64,000 nucleotides of DNA from a virus (lineage: Duplodnaviria > Caudoviricetes), in the IMG/VR virus record IMGVR_UViG_3300011008_000049, positions 64,001-128,000 of that record. One strand, written 5' to 3'. This document shows positions 62,901 through 64,000 of this stretch, in pieces. Below the pieces are notes generated by a model. That model saw only the letters and a program-made list of their open reading frames with translations. It did no database searches and had not been told where the DNA came from. The position numbers were made by a program, and so were the translations under genes. Position 1 is the first letter of the stretch. Every line of letters starts with the position of its first letter.

Positions 62901-63207
62901 TCGGATTACTTAAAAATGCAGCTTTAAGACCATTGAGGGCTGCTTTTAATGAAAGCGTAGATGTTGTTAATAATCCAGTTGATGTCGCAGCAACACCATT
63001 CGCAGCAGCATAATTGGCAGTTTGAACCATGGCAGCAGCTTGTTCTTGGCTTAACCCTCTCAACATCAAAAGCCTAATTTGTTCAGCCTCACTTAATCCT
63101 GTGGTTGCAAGTGCGGCAGCCATTTCCTCTAATTCCAAACCCTTTGTGGCTGTCGTAATGAGTTGTATATTTGTAGCGCCTTCAATTCCCAGAACTTTTA
63201 ATCGCAT
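56989..63207 (-). CDS. Tape measure protein (probable 3' exon)
   Basis: At least 2072 aa, helical and Ala-rich with a TM-like LSNPITAII segment; no SD, and in-frame stops 16-21 nt upstream of the ATG. Confidence 0.85.
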   Translation of the reverse strand: MRLKVLGIEGATNIQLITTATKGLELEEMAAALATTGLSEAEQIRLLMLRGLSQEQAAAMVQTANYAAANGVAATSTGLLTTSTLSLKAALNGLKAAFLSNPITAIITVALTAITLISRIVSAIKQAKEEALQAARDAAQAYQGNVDKLNETKDKLDDIAPRFEELSKGVNRTTGEVSLSNDEYEEYLDICNQIAEMFPSLIKGYDNQGNAILTVKGNVEELTQAYNDMVAAANSAVLVQGKTLFEDFKDKAKDLKESNFKGNEMTTGTINHLEKILKSNDLDAAIQQYASTGTTYMVQIVNALREAGLEQDSWESGFDYIKRSIQENRGVVQAIVTDFKSQMNDAMSDLKPVVDAYLSNLFLSDNYKNLTPEIQKQIKAIIDTFDANFYDQFDNVDDLYSYLRNMVDDYNNYVVSTEKEKLASLSSKIAESIYPDVDNGISLVFDALKSYKLTDDELNLAYQLSFTNEYDSVDALVNDIRGTVEEAQGEVENTQVKFNFSDLLDNETFSDSVDNYIDNVGKLQDALNKLKKGDFSNEDFVELVKVFPQLASEADNLESGIVSLLSSMNNDMASSFASQFGHMETDEDVTALKNFQDAVLELGKVVGNTQFAIDIEAETDGMDKLYSAMKESVSSTGLTAESIKNLKSRYQDLENYDAATLFEKTANGIHLNTKALRELEAAYEKQEKANIKNTLDDLIEQYNDLTKQIEGASDEASRAELYKKRSDILDQINDTAELASMYDGLTSAFKRWEEAQSIGEEGDMYDSLADGLEHIKELYDEGLIGTNEFRAAVQLMSNEDLSTANIDELLAAYQSGYGLMTRYFQDSSDGCLNFLHDVQNLNSEWAHMNEDGSWEINFGVGNDQEIADALGINVESVQAIMRKLSDYGFDINLDSIFSQLDHLQSRAEEANEALIKIGATDIVFNFGTEDLDSLNEQIGQAKDLLDSLYDDNGELNVKYNEDDVENAIAIIERLIYRKQSLDDAAILKVDTSNADNDITNIISKLQEFKSSYNNLEVQTAIGADTTEAKTACDGLLTEISGLDAEILATLGIDATSVDTLNESINSITPELMVKAGLDASLIEGYQAEEHTADGTVIWDNNIDKVTSWINQSHTARGEVKWYNNTYNVKTHFTASGTINWSGGGRAQGTAFSSGYWGTRNSGIALGGEVGQELVVRDGKFFTVGDNGAEMFQYKKDDIIFNAEQTRQILANGKIANGKKRGVTYAQGTAFSGGSGRITGSGSVITTPSGGSSGGSSSGGSSDSSKEDEPKVIDWIEVAINRIERAIDRLKTTAESTYKSLKKRLGATYDEITKVNQELSLQQKAHDRYMQQANSVGLSSDLAKKVQDGTIDISEYDSETAELISDYQDWYEKALDCADAIQELHENLASLYEDNFNNVKDDFDNQLSLLEHLTNTYNTGIDMLEAKGYMASTEYYKALQKVTKQNISVMNKELSSLEQKFSEAMASGEIEEGSEAWYEMQQAINEVKESIAEANVQLVEYEKTMREINWERFDYVQDRISQITKEADFLIDLMSNSDLYDDRGQLSNNGLATMGLHAANYNVYMSQADKYAQEILKLDKEIANDPYNTDLIARREELLGLQQDSIKSAEDEKQAIVDMVRNGIEIELSALKELIDAYKESLDNAKSLYDYQSKVADKSKEIASLQKQLSAYSGDTSEETRATVQKLQVDLSKAQEDLAKTEYEQFISDQKKLLDELYTEYEEILNQRLDDVNALIGDMIDTVNANSDTINTTLGNIAADVGYTLTPQMQAIWDGSTGALDGTIQKYGDKFDEQNTAVKAVLDSIQTNVASMVAASDKEATSTTSSATSTTTPSKPSSSSSTPSKPSSSSSSSSSAPKRTDKENYGVALAIINGNYGWGTGDTRKKNLQAKGFDYNTVQGIVNKLIKEGYVNSGAWVGRYYGIKDLSPYSIKKFKLGGLVDYTGLAQLDGTPNKPELVLNSEDTENFIALRDILRAMSAQAITLGGSYNFGSTPSLKGISDISGILATMRTSNGNMGTTFGDFEINIPIEKVEDYNDFVRQLQRDDQFEKMILSMTVDRIAGKSSLEKYKYRW

Positions 63208-63249
63208 ACAATATAAATGGCACTACTAAAAATAATTATGAAAAACCGC

Positions 63250-63278
63250 TTGACATAACATAAGAAATATGTTATAAT
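63250..63278 (+). promoter_or_regulatory. Consensus sigma-A promoter of the antisense cargo gene
   Basis: TTGACA-17bp-TATAAT with extended TG. Confidence 0.85.
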
Positions 63279-63308
63279 AAAGAAAAATCAGTATAGAGGC
63301 AGATTACA

Positions 63309-63722
63309 ATGAAAAAATACAAATGCACAAATTGCGGAAAGCAAATTGACCCTCGAAATTATCAATGTCAATTTTGTAATACTGTGCAACCATTTGAAGA
63401 TAGAGCAGTTGCATTAGGTAGGGGTCTTGTCAATATCAAATGTAATGAATGTGGATGTGATAAATCATTTTTATCACAATCAGATTATTTTGACATGACT
63501 TATTGTGCAAAATGTGGGAAAGAAACTTCATATAATGACGATGGCAAAATTAAACCACCAACGCCAACTACAAATTCTATCCAATGCCCTTACTGTAAAT
63601 CATTTAATACAAAAAAGATTCCTGGCATTTCAAAAGCCGCTGGAATTGCAACATTTGGATTATTTGCATTACCAAAAGCATCAAAACAATGGCATTGTAA
63701 TCATTGTAAAAGCGATTTTTAA
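63309..63722 (+). CDS. Multi-zinc-ribbon protein with a hydrophobic hairpin (intron cargo, moron-like)
   Basis: Six CxxC pairs; KAAGIATFGLFAL between the last two. Confidence 0.75.
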   Translation: MKKYKCTNCGKQIDPRNYQCQFCNTVQPFEDRAVALGRGLVNIKCNECGCDKSFLSQSDYFDMTYCAKCGKETSYNDDGKIKPPTPTTNSIQCPYCKSFNTKKIPGISKAAGIATFGLFALPKASKQWHCNHCKSDF

Positions 63723-64000
63723 TAAGTTATTTGTTGTACCGTCAACTTTTGGCGGTACTTTTTGTACTAATTGGAACATACATTAACAGCAAATAAAATA
63801 TAGCTTTTATTTACTGCAAGGAATGGTGTCCTCTGAACGTTCCTATCATTAAGACTTTTATCCCGACATTGCTTGCACAATTGCTACTATCGGATTATAT
63901 AGTCAAATCTTTCGACTGATAGGTGCGCTGCTCGTTATCAATTGTATATCTGTCCGGCATTATTTTTTAGCCGTAGAAATCCCACTCCCGCGTACAAAGC

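Larger units (their letters stand above)
63208..64000 (-). ncRNA. Group I intron (3' part; the 5' end lies outside the window)
   Basis: On the - strand: Q GAGCAGCG; P6a CCUAUCA/UGAUAGG; R CGUUCAGAGGACA; P8 hairpin; S AAUGUAUGUUCC; P7 G(A)GGACA/UGUUCC; P9 hairpin 63736-63758. Confidence 0.75.

Noticed and set aside
37837-63207. Second DGR variable repeat in other tail genes
   Set aside because: No further TR-like WWLRSP segment was seen by eye; the rest of the genome is not visible
964-63229. Numerous 60-200 aa opposite-strand or off-frame ORFs in the ORF track
   Set aside because: Shadow ORFs inside well-supported genes, with no SD or recognisable motifs; the exception is the overlapping frames at 5048-5539
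63309-63722. Cargo gene as a homing endonuclease
   Set aside because: No HNH, GIY-YIG or LAGLIDADG motif, and it is antisense to the intron

Overview
AT-rich 64-kb segment of a large temperate siphovirus-like phage, probably of a Clostridia/Firmicutes host. The + arm (1-33.7 kb) carries RNA-repair enzymes, a DNA-modification cluster, a full replisome (Sak, SSB, DnaB, DnaG, DnaE), a macrodomain+PARP pair, nucleotide metabolism genes and a TnpW/large serine recombinase followed by an apparently intact attP. The - arm (33.9-64 kb) carries tail and lysis genes. Main highlights: (1) a PAPS-reductase-family gene whose middle holds four alternative GF(P)..(W/Y)C..LK cassettes spread over all three reading frames. 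A 316-nt stretch there has no stop codon in any forward frame and the region is gated by two G5 tracts, which looks like an undescribed frame-multiplexed switch. (2) A complete diversity-generating retroelement (21/21 TR-VR mismatches at adenines) with a tandem double-domain Avd, targeting a 2714-aa tail protein that has a CotH-like kinase motif. (3) A group I intron core upstream of the start-less tape-measure ORF, carrying an antisense zinc-ribbon gene with its own promoter instead of a homing endonuclease. (4) Two families of dispersed regulatory DNA motifs. All product calls come from motif recognition by eye; no database searches were run.
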